Assembly: GCA_951406725.2 (NCBI GenBank)
Contig: OX597819.1
Coordinates: 103,230,001-103,294,000 of the forward strand
Direction: 5' to 3'
Length of the DNA stretch: 64,000 bases
Source: Octopus vulgaris
Lineage: Eukaryota
The notes beneath the pieces are model-generated. The model was not told the origin of the DNA. It made no database searches and saw nothing but the letters and a program-made list of their open reading frames with translations. Every line of letters starts with the position of its first letter. Position 1 is the stretch's first letter. A program made the position numbers and the translations under genes. Below, in pieces: positions 13,059 through 26,880 of this stretch.

Positions 13059-13435
13059 CTGTGTGGTAAAAAGCTTGCTTGCCAACCACGTGGTTCTGGG
13101 TTCAGCCCCACTGCGTGGAACCTAGGGTAAATGTCGTCTACTATAACCTCAAGCCTATCAGAACCCTGTGAGTGGAATTCGTAAACAGAAACTGATAGAT
13201 GCACGTTGTATATATGTATATATGTATGTGTGTATCTGTGTCTGTGTTTATCCTCCCGCCATCGCTTGACAACCGATGCTGGTGTGTTTACGTCGCCGAA
13301 ACTTAGTGGTTTGGCAGAAGAGACCGATAGAATAAGTATCATACTTACAAAGGATAAGTCCAGGAATTGATTTCTTCGACTAAAAGCTGGTGATCCAGAA
13401 ACAGCCGCAGTCAAATGAGTGAAACAAGTAGAAGA
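13059..13435 (+). mobile_element. tRNA-derived SINE, family 1, near full length
   Basis: tRNA-like head with B-box-like GGTTCAG, an internal TATG/TG tract and 3' half (gcttgacaaccgatgctggtgtgtttacg...gaccgatagaataagta...gcagtcaaatga.tgaaacaagta). Confidence 0.8.
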
Positions 13436-13787
13436 AAATAAAAATAAAAGTAAAATATACTAAAGCCAGTAAGATCTCTTGGTTTCACACTATTAATCTT
13501 AAACCTTTAAGATTCAGATTAATCTGGCAAATATAATGCTTACATATTCATACTATTTTGAATTAACTATGCAATATCTCGTAGCTTCGATATTTTGATG
13601 AAGTGATTGTTCAGTTTGAAATACATTGTAGTGAAAGTGCGTGATGCCAGATTTAGCTACAGATTTAGTAGATTTGGTTCAGATACGGTCAGTTTAAATG
13701 GTGATTGCTTGTAGCATAATCTATTCTGAGGCAAATTTTCGTCCAGTTCTTCACTCAGCGGATTATTTCTTATCTTCCTCTCTCATC

Positions 13788-14010
13788 AGGAGGCGCGTGG
13801 CTGAGTGATTAGGGTGTTGGACTCATGATCATAAGATAGTGATTTCGATTCATGGACCGGATGACGCTTTGTATTCTTGAGCAAAACACTTTATTTCACG
13901 TTGTTCTAGTCCGCTCAGCTGGCAAAAATGAATAATCCTGCGATGGACCGGCGTCCCATCCATTTGGGGAAAATGTACGCCATGGAAACAGAGTTACCGG
14001 CCCTTATGAA
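13788..14010 (+). mobile_element. tRNA-derived SINE (family 3-related) with a V-domain-like segment
   Basis: Head ggaggcgcgtggct.agtg.ttagg...tttcgattc. Downstream cctgcgatggaccggcgtcccatcca resembles the V-SINE conserved domain (recalled, not verified). Confidence 0.6.
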
Positions 14011-16601
14011 TCTATATCACGCGGGAAGGAACATTACTACTTTCTCTTCAAACAAGGAGGATCTGAAATCATATCGCAGACTTGCTTCCAGTCATCTACA
14101 CCAATTTCGGAGATTACTTACCAAAATTTCTATAAAGTAGCATTGTATATTTCATTATAACTATATCTATATCTTTGATTGTATATATGGATATATACGT
14201 ATGTGTGTATGTGTGCGCGCGTGTGTTTCTTTGTATCTGAGTATGTATGTGGGGGTGCTTGTGTATGTCTGAATGAATGTATGTATGTATGTATGTTTGT
14301 ATATATGTATGTATGTATGCATGCATGTATGTATGTATGCAAGCATATATGTATATATTGTTATATGCATGGAAGTAAGCTTCATAAAAAAAATGAAATG
14401 TTTATTAACAGTTTAGCTGTAAATTGTATTCCATTGAAACTAATCACATCTTTGGCAATAGAATGACAGCTTCATTTTCATATTAAAAACAAAAAAAAAA
14501 AACAATTCGAATTTTACGTTACGGAAAACAGCTGGATGTTAGTAAATGTTGAATAAACTTATGAAATAATATTAACAGATTAGCAGCAAATTCGTTTAAA
14601 ATATCCAATTAGAGTGCTCTAGAGGTGGTAGCAGAATGACATTTCATTTTGGGAGCTAAATAATAGATTAGGCTTTTGTAATAATATGTGCTGAATCTCA
14701 AAAACAACTGCGCACTCCGAATGAATAGGGAGAGGACTAGCCAGGGATACTCTATGTATTATACTGAGCCGAGTACCTTTGTTTTCGATCTGCAAATAAA
14801 ACATGACAGGATTAAGCAGTTTATTTTCTCATTAAATTTTCCTTAGTGTACTTGTCAAACTTTCCATTTTTCAATGGCTGTAAATCCTGTGTAGCATCTT
14901 GGGATGCCATCAGGTGGAGAGGGCGACCACTGATATGGAGAGGTACAGTCCGCTCAGTGAGTAGTTATAATTACAAAAGCATGCATGTATTTCGGTTAAA
15001 TATTGCGAAAGTGTAATTTTTGTTGTTGTTATATCGTAAAATATTGAACACGATGTTGTCTATGCAAGAAAAATTCACCTTTACATAATGTACATTAAAT
15101 TGCCTATAGTATTTTGTGTACTTGGAAGGTGCAGTACAAGTAGGAATAAGACGTTAGTTATGTTCGTGGAAAGATCAAGTGGAATGAACGAGGTTATTTG
15201 TCTCATTCAATCTGCTTTTTGATAACGTTTCATTATAATGAAGTGTGACACTATCGAGAAATGGTCAATTTCTTTATCGCTCATGGATAGGAAAAATACG
15301 TTATAGGCATTTCTAGATAAGAGTGTTCCAACTCAGTGCACTTCAAGCAAACGGAATGTCTGCTTTGACGGTCTTGCATGTAAGCTCTTACTTATGTTAT
15401 GTGTAACCGTGTTGGAATTTGGTTTTAGCAGAGAGCTATTCATATGCCTATACTGGGACTTTATTTTGAGTATTTATTTCAACATTTTATATTTCTATTC
15501 ATGAAACTTTTCGAGCCATTAAAATATGGAGTTATAGTTCAAAAATAGACTAGGGTATTTTGTCCTCTTTCGTTTAGTTTCCAGATAAATTAAGAGAGAA
15601 AAGTGGAAATTATTTTACGTATGGTTGTGGACTGATGATGCTCTGCATACCTGTTTTCGAATGTGCTTCGTAAGCATTGTATGATTGCTGATGGATATTT
15701 ATTTTAATATCTGTACACATTACATAGATCTGCAAGCACAAACTAGCAGGCTTTTATACCCTTCTTATATGTGTATGAAGATGCTGTTCTTTCTTGATTT
15801 CGAATCATGAGCCAATAAACTGTCACGTGTGTGATGCCAGTGTAATTAACGCACCATTTCTTAAGGTTTAGACGATTACGTACATTTATTTTGATTTTAT
15901 TTATTTTTCTTTCTAGATATTTATATGAAATTTCAAAACCTCAGTTGTGAAATGAAAGGACGTATGTGAAAGTAATAGACTTAAATAATCAAGGAGACTT
16001 TCGGTGGAACATAAAATAAGAAGAAATGTGAGAAAGATAAGCATTTAAAGGCTTGAGCAAAGTAATTGAAAAACCACTCACCACCCCAACATTTACCTTG
16101 GAGAGTCTTATGGTATTGGATTAATTAATCTGAAATAAGTAGGAAAGTAAAATAATTGAAAACCATTTTATATGAAGAGTTACGAAAGAGTAGTTTGGAG
16201 AAGGAGAGCGTAAAAAGGATGAAGAGAAAGATGAAGAGAAGGAGGAGGATAGAAAGAAAACACAGAGTAGTGAAAAGATACTTGGTATAATGCTGTTAAC
16301 CGAGTGAGAACCTGCAATATTTGGAATACAGCGATGCTAGCCTTTGTTTCTTTAACTTCAAATATGTCGGTATTCGGGAAACTTTGAATTTGTTTCATTT
16401 CTCACAGAACGTTCAAGCATCCTTGCCAAAGATCAAGGAACTAATTAAACCATGTCCTCCAATCAACATACTTCAGGTTGCATAAATTTCTTCAGATCTC
16501 TACATACCACTCGCTGTGAGTGAAGACATCAAGTCACTATATATCTATTTCTCAATGACTCCATATTTCTCACTCTGTCTTTGTCTCTCTCTCTCTCTCC
16601 A

Positions 16602-17485
<884 letters not shown>

Positions 17486-17486
17486 C

Positions 17487-17639
<153 letters not shown>

Positions 17640-19938
17640 TGGATATATACACACACGCATAATATATACATATGTAATAATATATTTATTAGCTTGGTAC
17701 TTTATTGAGTTGTAGTTAGTTGTGTGCTACCTTCTGTGTTACTTCGTTTGGTTAACTCCAGAACATCTTTGACTGAACAGACTAATGAGTAAATCGATTC
17801 GTTTGGAAGGCTTCCTAATGTTTGATAGATTCCAATATCCTATTAAAAATGGTGCTAGATGTTCTGAAAGAATAGTAACCTCAGTAAGAACATAATAGGA
17901 AAAATTTAGGCGCAGGCATGTGTTATTCCTAATGCTAGTAATGGCGTGGATCCTGATAAAGTAACATATCGTTCTGTGTATCCTTCTCAAACACCTCGAC
18001 CATACGTTGTGTCCTTTGAACAAGATACGTAATTTCACGTTGCTGGACTCAACTCAGACGAAATTAATACCAGCCTGATACGAATGCGGCTCTGTCTCCT
18101 GTCGTCACAGCTCTGATACTCTCCTGAGTGAAGTGTGAGTAATTCGAAGGATGTCTATGTCTCCTGGCATCTATAATAACAAGCGGAAGCATGGTACAAG
18201 CCAGCAAGTCATATGCATTTACCAGTCATTTAAGAGAAATTTGGTTGTTATTTCTAGCATTTCGATTGACCACATCAGAGGTCTCGCTTTCTTTCTCTCG
18301 TACTTATTAGTATTATAGTAGCATACTCTTGCACTGTTCTAATTATAAATATGACTTGCTATATTGCGTATAACAGTATATTGTGTATACTGTTGTAGGC
18401 ATCAGTGTTACTCAAGTGTAAAAGTTTAGCTGTATAGTTTATTGTGGTATAATAGGGCTTAATATGGCGCAATCTGGCATTACCTGGTGTGTAGCATGTT
18501 ACAACTTGCATTCCATAGACAGACAGATGAGTGTGAGCAACAGTATAACCCTAATTAGATAATTCTTGACTTCAGAAAATTAAATTTTACGCCAAATATT
18601 GAATGTCTCCAAGTATATATTTAGTTAATTTAAAGTTTTGGTTGCGTTAAATTACTGTTTGATTTAAAGTCCATTTTCTCTGCAGGCAACTCAAATATAA
18701 TTATGTGAAACGAAGCTAATATCATGTAATGTATGTGAGTACATGTATTATGTGTGAGCATAAGAAAGAAGCTATTAGTATCACACCAATTATCATCAAA
18801 TATTTGATTTATTTTTTTTTCTTTTTATCTTTTTTTCTTTTTGACAAGGATTCTCTGGATATATTGATAAATTGCGAGAGCCTTCATTATAATACTAGTG
18901 TTAATTATGTTTACTATTCAATGAAAACCCAGAGGATTTGGTCTATGCGTTAAAATGCGATTTTATATATTTTTTTTTTTTTCATTTGTGGTTGTCAGAA
19001 AGAAGATACTGCCGTCGGTGTTATCAAACACCTCAAACAGGTTGTACATTGTGTCTGTTTAAATATTATCACAGCAACATGGCTAGATATCATTGAGGAA
19101 TTGTTTGACATCTGAGTAATATCGTATAATATGCATACATATGAAAGAGATTCGATATTGTAAATTTTCATTGCGCTTAAATCTTTGAAGAACGTAGAAT
19201 TACAATTAGTTTCATGATCAATATTACAAACTGCCAATTCCATGACGACTACCCTTTCCATTTCTCTAATCATTAGTTTACAACTTCTATTATCCAATTA
19301 ACTCTTGAAACCTATCGTATTCAAATCTTAATTAAACATACTGAAAAATAAGACACCTGACAGTGATTAGTCTGATTACCTGATGAAAGCTACATCTTAA
19401 ATCAACGCTTACCAAACCTTGGGGGGAAAGAGGTCGAGAAATGTAGTGCTGGGGGTCTGTGAGCGCTGCTGAAAATTTGAATATGCTACAGTGTAAAATA
19501 TGTAATTACTTACATACTAATGATTATGCAGTTACATAAATATTCAGTTACATGAGAGAAGAAAAAGGGTAAACGACTTTGTGAAGAGTTAAATTAAATC
19601 TGCTTATTGAATAGACAGACTTTTCAGATACCTGAGATATTTAACGAAACATTATTTAACAAGAAGGGACCCTTGTTGTGTGCCAAATGATATACTCAAG
19701 TTTACCATATTCCACAAAGACTTTATTCCCTGGATATCTTATTCCACAGAAGAATTCCACAGTTTCAATCTATAACCAATCAGGATTCTGTAACGAGAGT
19801 TGCAGATATGTAAATAACTAATCATTCTTCGTAATAGATTAATTATATTACATTCCGAAATCATACTTCAAGAACTGAACCTAGCAAACACCAAAAATAT
19901 AACTACAACAACCCTAACAACAACAATAATAATAATAA

Positions 19939-20438
19939 ATGCCCTGAATGCAGTACCAGGAGGTGGCTCTCATGGCTTCTGATCTTAACAAATTGGAAGT
20001 GTTATCATATACATTGCTTTACCTCGGTATAAAAGATGGGCTACAACGAATATTCTGCTTAATACCACAGATTTGATTGTCAGTTGAATAAGTTATTCAG
20101 TGGCTGATGATATGTGCATCTCTGATCGCGAGCAGAATTAGTGCAGGAGTATCATAGCCATGTGTTGAGGGGAATTTTTTTTGGGTATTATTAATTTACC
20201 TATGGAAACATGGTTGTTTAACATTCTTAAACAACCCTTCTTCAGGGACCCTTTGAGCAGAATGGGTTACTCAACTTGAAGAAAATTCTAACTGGGTCCC
20301 ACCTGCAATGTCATGCGCTATTTATCTTGATATGAAATCACCATGTCGCGCACATTTAGTTGTGATGGATGTGCCTGGTGTACTACCCTTATATATTTTA
20401 CTCCAGTGTCACTTTGATGGCGTACACTGCTTTCTCAG
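19939..20438 (+). mobile_element. Non-coding TAA-bounded retroposon 'X' (near full-length, diverged copy)
   Basis: Homologous to 44396-44953(-) and 31679-31883(+). Flanked on both sides by (TAA)n. No long ORF. Confidence 0.8.
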
Positions 20439-20479
20439 TAATGATAATAATAATAATGATGATAATGATAATAATAAAG

Positions 20480-20562
<83 letters not shown>

Positions 20563-20564
20563 CA

Positions 20565-20687
20565 GACATGAGTATCCCTTGCGATCACAATATAGTGGCG
20601 AAAGAGACATGAGTATCCCTTGCGATCACAATATAGCGGCGAAAGAGACATGAATATCCCTTGCGATCACAATATAGCGGCGAAAGA
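20565..20687 (+). repeat. 41-bp tandem triplication
   Basis: Units start at 20565, 20606 and 20647 (gacatgagtatcccttgcgatcacaatatag(t/c)ggcgaaaga) with no spacers. Confidence 0.95.
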
Positions 20688-21078
20688 ATTTGACAAGATT
20701 AGTAAATATAAAGACCTGCTAATACAAATTGAAAAAATTTGGCATCTCAAAGCGACTACAGTACCAGTGATTGTAAGATCTCTAGGAATGATAAAAAAAG
20801 GTTCTGAAACCTATTTGAAAATGATTCCAGGCTAACCATCCCTACAGGAAGTGCAAAAAATCGTATTAACTGGAACGGCTCATGTACTGAGAAGAGCACT
20901 ATCGCTGTGACAATAACATCCATCCATGAATTTATTTATTTATTAATTTTTAAATACATAGTTATCTGTGAATTTGCGTGTGTAATCTGGGAATGCATAC
21001 AATGAGCTTCTCTGCCCTGGGTGTATGGAAAACACTCGGCGAGAAACAGAAGAAAATTTGAAGAAAGAAAGAAAAAAC

Positions 21079-21080
<2 letters not shown>
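20565..21080 (+). mobile_element. R4/Dong-like non-LTR retrotransposon, family B, 3' fragment with triplicated 5' end
   Basis: Encodes DMSIPCDHNIAAKEFDKISKYKDL..IEKIWHLKATTVPVIV (RLE C-terminus) plus the 3'UTR shared with 28572-29719. Bounded by (TAA)n. Confidence 0.85.
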
Positions 21081-21124
<44 letters not shown>

Positions 21125-21131
21125 CAACAAC

Positions 21132-23829
21132 ATCATCACAGAAAAAGATTTACCTGAGATAAAAGAAAAGCTGGAGCAAGATATCCTGGCCAAAGCACAA
21201 AGGATCCGTCGGTACGAGAAACGCCAGCGCTGCTTCGAACAAAAAAAAAAGTTCAACTCCAACCTCAGAAAGTTCTACCAAGAACTTGGCAAAAATAAAA
21301 TAGAAATCACTGCAGCACCAACGGCAGAAGAAGTGGAAGAATTCTGGAGAGAAATATGGTCAGCGAACGAACAACCAAAATAAAGGAGCATTAAAACAAC
21401 AAACTCAGCATCTGAGCAACTTTGGACCCCCATAACAATTGAAGAGGTCACCCAGGCACTGCAAAAACTAAGCAACTGGAAAGCACCTGGGCATGACAAG
21501 ATCCCCAACTTCTGGTTAAAATATCTAACAGGAATGCACAAAAAGCTGGCTGAAAACTTTAACAACGTACTAGCAGAGCCAGAGACAATGCCTGAATGGC
21601 TCACGAAGGGAAAAACCATCTTAATTCCCAAATCAAGTGAGACAGCAAAACCAGAAAACTACAGACCAATAACCTGTCTCCCTACAATGTACAAGGCAGT
21701 TACTGCAGTGATATGGCAAAGGTTGAACAAGCACCTGGACCAAAACTACCTGTTTCCAGAAGAGCAGAAAGGATGCCGCAAAACTCATATGGCTGTAAAG
21801 ATCAACTAATGATTAATAAAGCCATAACTGAAGACAGCCACAGAAAGAAGAAAGGCCTCAGTATGGCCTAGATCGACTACAAAAAGGCGTTTGATAGCAC
21901 CCCCACACATGGATCCTCGAAACACTAGCAATTAACAAAGTAGCACCAACAATTATAAAATTCATAGGGCACTATGAATAAATGGCAAACAGTGCTACAG
22001 CCCCAAACAAAAGAGGGACTCATGAAAACCAAAGCCATCCCCATTAGAAGAGGAATATTCCAGGGAGACACGCTCTCTCCACTCCTTTTCTGCTTGGCAC
22101 TATCACCTCTATCTGATATGCTAAATAGAACTGGATGCGGATAGAAACTGTTACGGCAAAACGATCAGCCACTTTTTATGTATGGATGACCTAAAACTAT
22201 ACGCTGCAAATGACAAACAGCTGGAAACACTATTAAAGGCAGTTCATTGATTTACCAAAGAAATAGATATGAAATTTGGATTAGAAAAATGCGCCAAAGT
22301 AACCCTGAAAAGAGGAAAACTATTTAAGAGTAGCAACATCACACTAGATAAAACCAATGAAATAAAAGAACTAGACCAAAGCCAAACTTACAAACACTTA
22401 GGAATCCATGAACTAGATAAGACACAACACACACAAATGAAAAAGAAAATAAAAAAAGAATATTATTGACGAGTTAGATCAATACTAAAAACAGAGCTCA
22501 ATGCTAACAACAAGATAATAGGTATTAACACTTTAGCTGTCCCAGATATAAGTTACAGCTACAATATCCTTAACTGGACACGAAATGAACTGACCAAAAT
22601 AGATAGGAAAACAAGAAAAATATTGACAGGATCTAGGATGCATCAACCAAAATATGACATAGAAAGACTATATATACAACGTATATAAGACGGTAGAGGC
22701 CTTATACAGCTGGAAAACTACTATAAAATAACCACCATAGGATTGCAAAAATATCTACTTCAAAAGGAAGGAAAACTGATACAAATAGCGGCAAAACACG
22801 AGCAAAACAAAAAACTGTTCTCAGTATTTAAGGAAGCTGACAAATACAAACAAGAAATCATACCACCTAATAAATATGAAGAAGAAGAAGAAGAAACATC
22901 AAAAGCTATAAAACAAATTAAATCCAAACTAAAAATAGAACAGCAACGAACAATGATAAAACGATGGCAAGAAAAGCCCCTTCATGGTAAATACTGGACT
23001 AAATTAAACGCAAAAGAAATAGATAAAGAAAAATCCCAGCAATGGTTGAGAAGCTCAGAATTCAAAGCAGAGACGGAGGGATTTTTAATTGCAGCACAAA
23101 ACCAAAGCTTCTCCACCAGAAATTACCAAAAACATGTAATGAAAATAAATATAACAAGTAACTGCACAATATGTGGAGATGGACAAGAAACAATAAATCA
23201 TATTATCTCTGGCTGCCCAGTCCTGGCTAAGAAGGAATATATTCACAGACATGACAGAGTTGGAACCTACGTACACTGGAAGCTATGCCAACATTATGGA
23301 ATAACAACAGAAAAAAGATGGTATAGGCAGACACCAGAAAAGGTCACAGAAAACGAGAAAGCAACCATACTCTGGGATATGCCGATACACACAGATAGAG
23401 AAATTAAGGCCAACAGACCAGATATAGTTGTCAGAGATCATGAAGAAAAAAAATTCTTTCTAATTGATATATCAATACCGGCAGATGACAACGTGTCTCT
23501 AAAAGAAATGGAGAAACTTTCAAAATACAAAGACCTGGAAATAGAGGTAACCAGAATGTGGAATCTAAAAACAGAAACAATTCCTATCATAGTAGGTGCA
23601 TTAGGCATGATAAAAAAATATTCAAACAAATACATAACAAAAACACCAGGACTTACAAACACATATAACATACAGAAAATTGCACTACTAGGCACTGCAC
23701 ACATCCTACGCAGAACACTTTCCATACAATAACCATCAGAGCATCACGACAAATCACAGCACATACCTAAGGCACACAGAGATGCGCTCGGTAGTGAAGT
23801 GAAAGCATGCTATAAAAATAAAACTACTG
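21132..23829 (+). mobile_element. R4/Dong-like RLE non-LTR retrotransposon, family A, 5'-truncated ~2.7 kb, ORF disrupted
   Basis: RT motifs KAPGHDKIPNFWLK, GKTILIPK, NYRPITCL, IDYKKAFDS, RGIFQGDTLSPLLF, YMDDLKLY and KFGLEKC. CCHC knuckle CTICGDGQETINHIISGC. RLE motifs RHDRV...RPDIV...IDISIP...EKLSKY. Several stops and frameshifts. TAA tracts at both ends. Confidence 0.92.
22743..23732 (+). CDS. Open remnant of the Dong-A ORF: zinc knuckle and PD-(D/E)xK restriction-like endonuclease
   Basis: 329-aa ORF with CxxC..H..C and RHD / RPD-D-K motifs. It is transposon-derived, not a host gene. Confidence 0.7.
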   Translation: MQKYLLQKEGKLIQIAAKHEQNKKLFSVFKEADKYKQEIIPPNKYEEEEEETSKAIKQIKSKLKIEQQRTMIKRWQEKPLHGKYWTKLNAKEIDKEKSQQWLRSSEFKAETEGFLIAAQNQSFSTRNYQKHVMKINITSNCTICGDGQETINHIISGCPVLAKKEYIHRHDRVGTYVHWKLCQHYGITTEKRWYRQTPEKVTENEKATILWDMPIHTDREIKANRPDIVVRDHEEKKFFLIDISIPADDNVSLKEMEKLSKYKDLEIEVTRMWNLKTETIPIIVGALGMIKKYSNKYITKTPGLTNTYNIQKIALLGTAHILRRTLSIQ

Positions 23830-23847
23830 AATATTAATAATAGTAAT

Positions 23848-24024
23848 CCTGTAACAATCCCTAAAGTTTTGAACTACGGAAAGAGGTAGAAAACCCGGTT
23901 TAGAGCAGCTCCAACAAAGAGCATTATTAGGCATAGCTAGAATACAAAGGAAGGTTCTTGGCATCTAAGCTTACTTATTGTAGGAGTCTTTTTTCTAACA
24001 ATTTAATCTGTTCTGTGTATATCA
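23848..24024 (+). mobile_element. 3' tip of a third RLE (Dong-like) family
   Basis: Encodes LEQLQQRALLGIARIQRKVLGI*, homologous to the Dong C-terminus QKIALLGTAHILRRTL. Lies between TAA tracts. Confidence 0.6.
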
Positions 24025-24483
24025 AATAATAATAATAATTATAATGATCTACGATTCTACCAGTAATTACTCAACACTTAATGTTTTAAATTAGATAGGT
24101 TACAAGAATATATCGTCTTTAGTTTGGTTTGTCCGTCACAGATAGTCTTTCAAATATATGTGATCTGATTACGAAGCAATTTACTATAACTGTTCTGCGG
24201 TGATTACGAACTTACTAGAGTGTAATATACTGACGGTAAAACGAACATCAAACATTCAATACAAGATCAATCAATTGGAGAAGATCAATCATAAGGGAAA
24301 AATCAAACAATATTTTAAATATTTTATTAATCCTTAAGCATACATATACATACATACACACACACTGAGATATATGTGTATCTACATATATATGTTTATA
24401 CACACAGACCCAATGTATATAGATAGATAGAAAGACAGACACACAGACAGAGAGGCACACAGACAGACAGACAGACAGATAGA

Positions 24484-24578
<95 letters not shown>

Positions 24579-25039
24579 CTAGAAAGAAAGATAGATTATT
24601 GTTGATTGTGTATTGGTTATTGTTGTCGTGCTTCGTGCGCGGAGATCAAAACCCGTCAAGGTTAACGTTGTTTTCTGAGATTCCGAAGTCGAGAAATAAA
24701 TAGTTATTCAGGACAGTAGATTCGCAGAGTTCTTGAAGCATTGGACAACAGATTCTGTTATATTTGTTCCCCTTTTCTATATCCTGAGTTCCTAGCCCGG
24801 TGTAGGGAACTTGCCCATGCATCCCCTTATTCATATTATGTAGTCTTTTGCAGTGAACATATGAAGGTGCCGCATATATTTCTCGACAAAGTGCTCTAGA
24901 AAGACATCGATGGAATGCACAGCGGAAGCAAACATAATAGAGACTTATATGTAATTAACCTGTTGTGCTATTTGTACTTATATATACACTAATGGGAACA
25001 GTATTCACTCGAAAGATAATTAATTATATATTTAGATAT

Positions 25040-26022
25040 GTACCTTGTTCATGATATTATTTCTCATCAAGAATTTTGCAAATTAAATACGATAATGATG
25101 AAACAATTTCTGTTGCGGAGGAAACATTACTATATTGCCCAAGCTTGTGACTATGACATCAACAACATAATTAGGATGGCTAATAAACTTGAAAAGAGTT
25201 ATGAAAGAAGAGCTGATCCAGATCTCCCACCAAGGAGCATTGCTAAAAACCATTATTCAGAAGTTTAAAAAAATGGACCAGTTCACAAAATATAGTATAT
25301 GCATACTTGGCACATAAAACACGTAAAAACAGAAACGATATAAGAAATTGGTTAAGTCAAAAGCTTGGCATGAAGTAGCGACAAGCTTATGACATTCCAT
25401 TTCGAAGACTACCTTCATTCAATTCAAGAACAATTGATCCCAACCAAGTACATACCGCATAAACTGCTGAAAATATTGACAGACCAAGACATCAGCCACA
25501 TTATTGACAACTTCGAGAGAATGTTTTCTAGATATTTTCCCATGAGGCATAATGCAGTGGCCAGAACAATCTGGAACAACAAGGTAATAAATAGAAAACA
25601 CCTTCAGACGAAGTTGAATTTATTGAGACCGATGACTCAAAAGAATATTTGTGGAACCTAAAAATTAAAATAACCGCCAAATTAAAACATAACTGGCCAG
25701 ATATTGTTGTGCTGGACCACAGACAAAGGATATGCGATATGCTCAGGTGTATAAAGCAGCTGGCCACTGGACACCAATGAGATTAGAAAAATACAAGAAA
25801 AAGATATCAATGAAGAGTTTGCAAATCTATTACCCAAGATACACTTTCAGTTTCCTGCCTATTATTATTATTGGAGTAACAGGATACATACCGACAGGTG
25901 TGGAGCAAAGTATGGCTGAACTTGGGTTTGGGGGGAAAGACGCAAATTATTAATTCGTACACTACACATTATCACGATATATGGAACTATAAAGATCTGC
26001 AAGATCTTTTTCAAGATTTAAA
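25040..26022 (+). mobile_element. Degenerate RLE-type non-LTR retrotransposon 3' region
   Basis: Fragments RHNAVARTIWN, EYLWNLKIK..KHNWPDIVVLD, LQIYYPRYTFSFLPIIIIGVTGYIP and GTIKICKIFFKI* in shifting frames. Confidence 0.65.
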
Positions 26023-26214
26023 GGACGTTGAACAAGACAATACACCTTACTTCGCAATCTTGCTTCAAAATAGGTGGGTAGTCAAAACTTATTCTAAATT
26101 TAAAAGAGAAAGAGAACATACATATTCACAATATGTATACATATTCACAATATGTATACATATTCACAACCCAATATATACATGCCATAAGTGTGTATAC
26201 GTATGTATGTATGT

Positions 26215-26880
26215 CATTATACAGCTTATTTCAAGATTTCTTGCCAATAGAGAAAGAACCGTTTTCTAACCTAGATTCAAGTCTCCTTCACTAGAATTTC
26301 AACATCAACAACAGGGTATTTTTGTATGTATGTATGCATGCATATATGCCTGTATGCATGCATATATGTATGTATGCATATATGTGTAGATTCGTATGTT
26401 TTATGTATGTATTCTCATGCATATATTTACATATCTAGACATGCTCATATATATTTAAATGATAAACTGAAAAGATTTACCGATTTTTGCAGTCCCAGTG
26501 AGAGATTGGATGTGCAATTTTCGAAGTAGCATTCCCCTTTCTGATTTTGAGAAGCCTAATTTCTCAAGATTTGTATTTAGTCAGTGTGTTACATATCCCA
26601 GGGTCCCAATAATCACGTGTATAAACCTGAATTTGTAATCTGGATAGAGTAACTGTAGATTTCTCAATAGTTTAGTATTGGTGTTCTCTTTTTCACTAAT
26701 CTTCAGCTTTATGTTAACACCCGCTGCGCAGCTAATTTCCACAACTATGCTCAGTTTTTCTTGTCTAACCCAAATCATTATATTAGGTCTGCTGTACATA
26801 CATTTTATTGAGGTCCTCACTGGTACATTTTACCAACACTCCTTTTCATTATGAGTGGCTATTGCTTCTACCATATTGTG
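26215..26880 (-). mobile_element. RLE-type non-LTR retrotransposon 3' fragment bounded by (CATA)n
   Basis: Minus strand SRPNIMIW...VVEISC...KISEKEN..LLRNLQLLYPDYKFRFIHVIIGTLGYVTH*..LEKLGF...GTAKIGKSFQFII*. (TATG)n lies at 26202-26214 and 26901-26980. Confidence 0.7.

Noticed and set aside
14930-15900. Possible very old RT remnant (PFLD-like motif on the minus strand)
   Set aside because: Only a single short motif amid many stops, which is insufficient support.
18670-19045. Possible host exons after polypyrimidine-AG acceptors (near 18685 and 18999)
   Set aside because: The first has stops in all three frames. The second has only a weak donor and an uninformative short peptide.
20565-20687. 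41-bp direct repeats resembling a CRISPR array
   Set aside because: The units are contiguous with no spacers, lie in retrotransposon coding sequence, and the window is eukaryotic with no cas genes.
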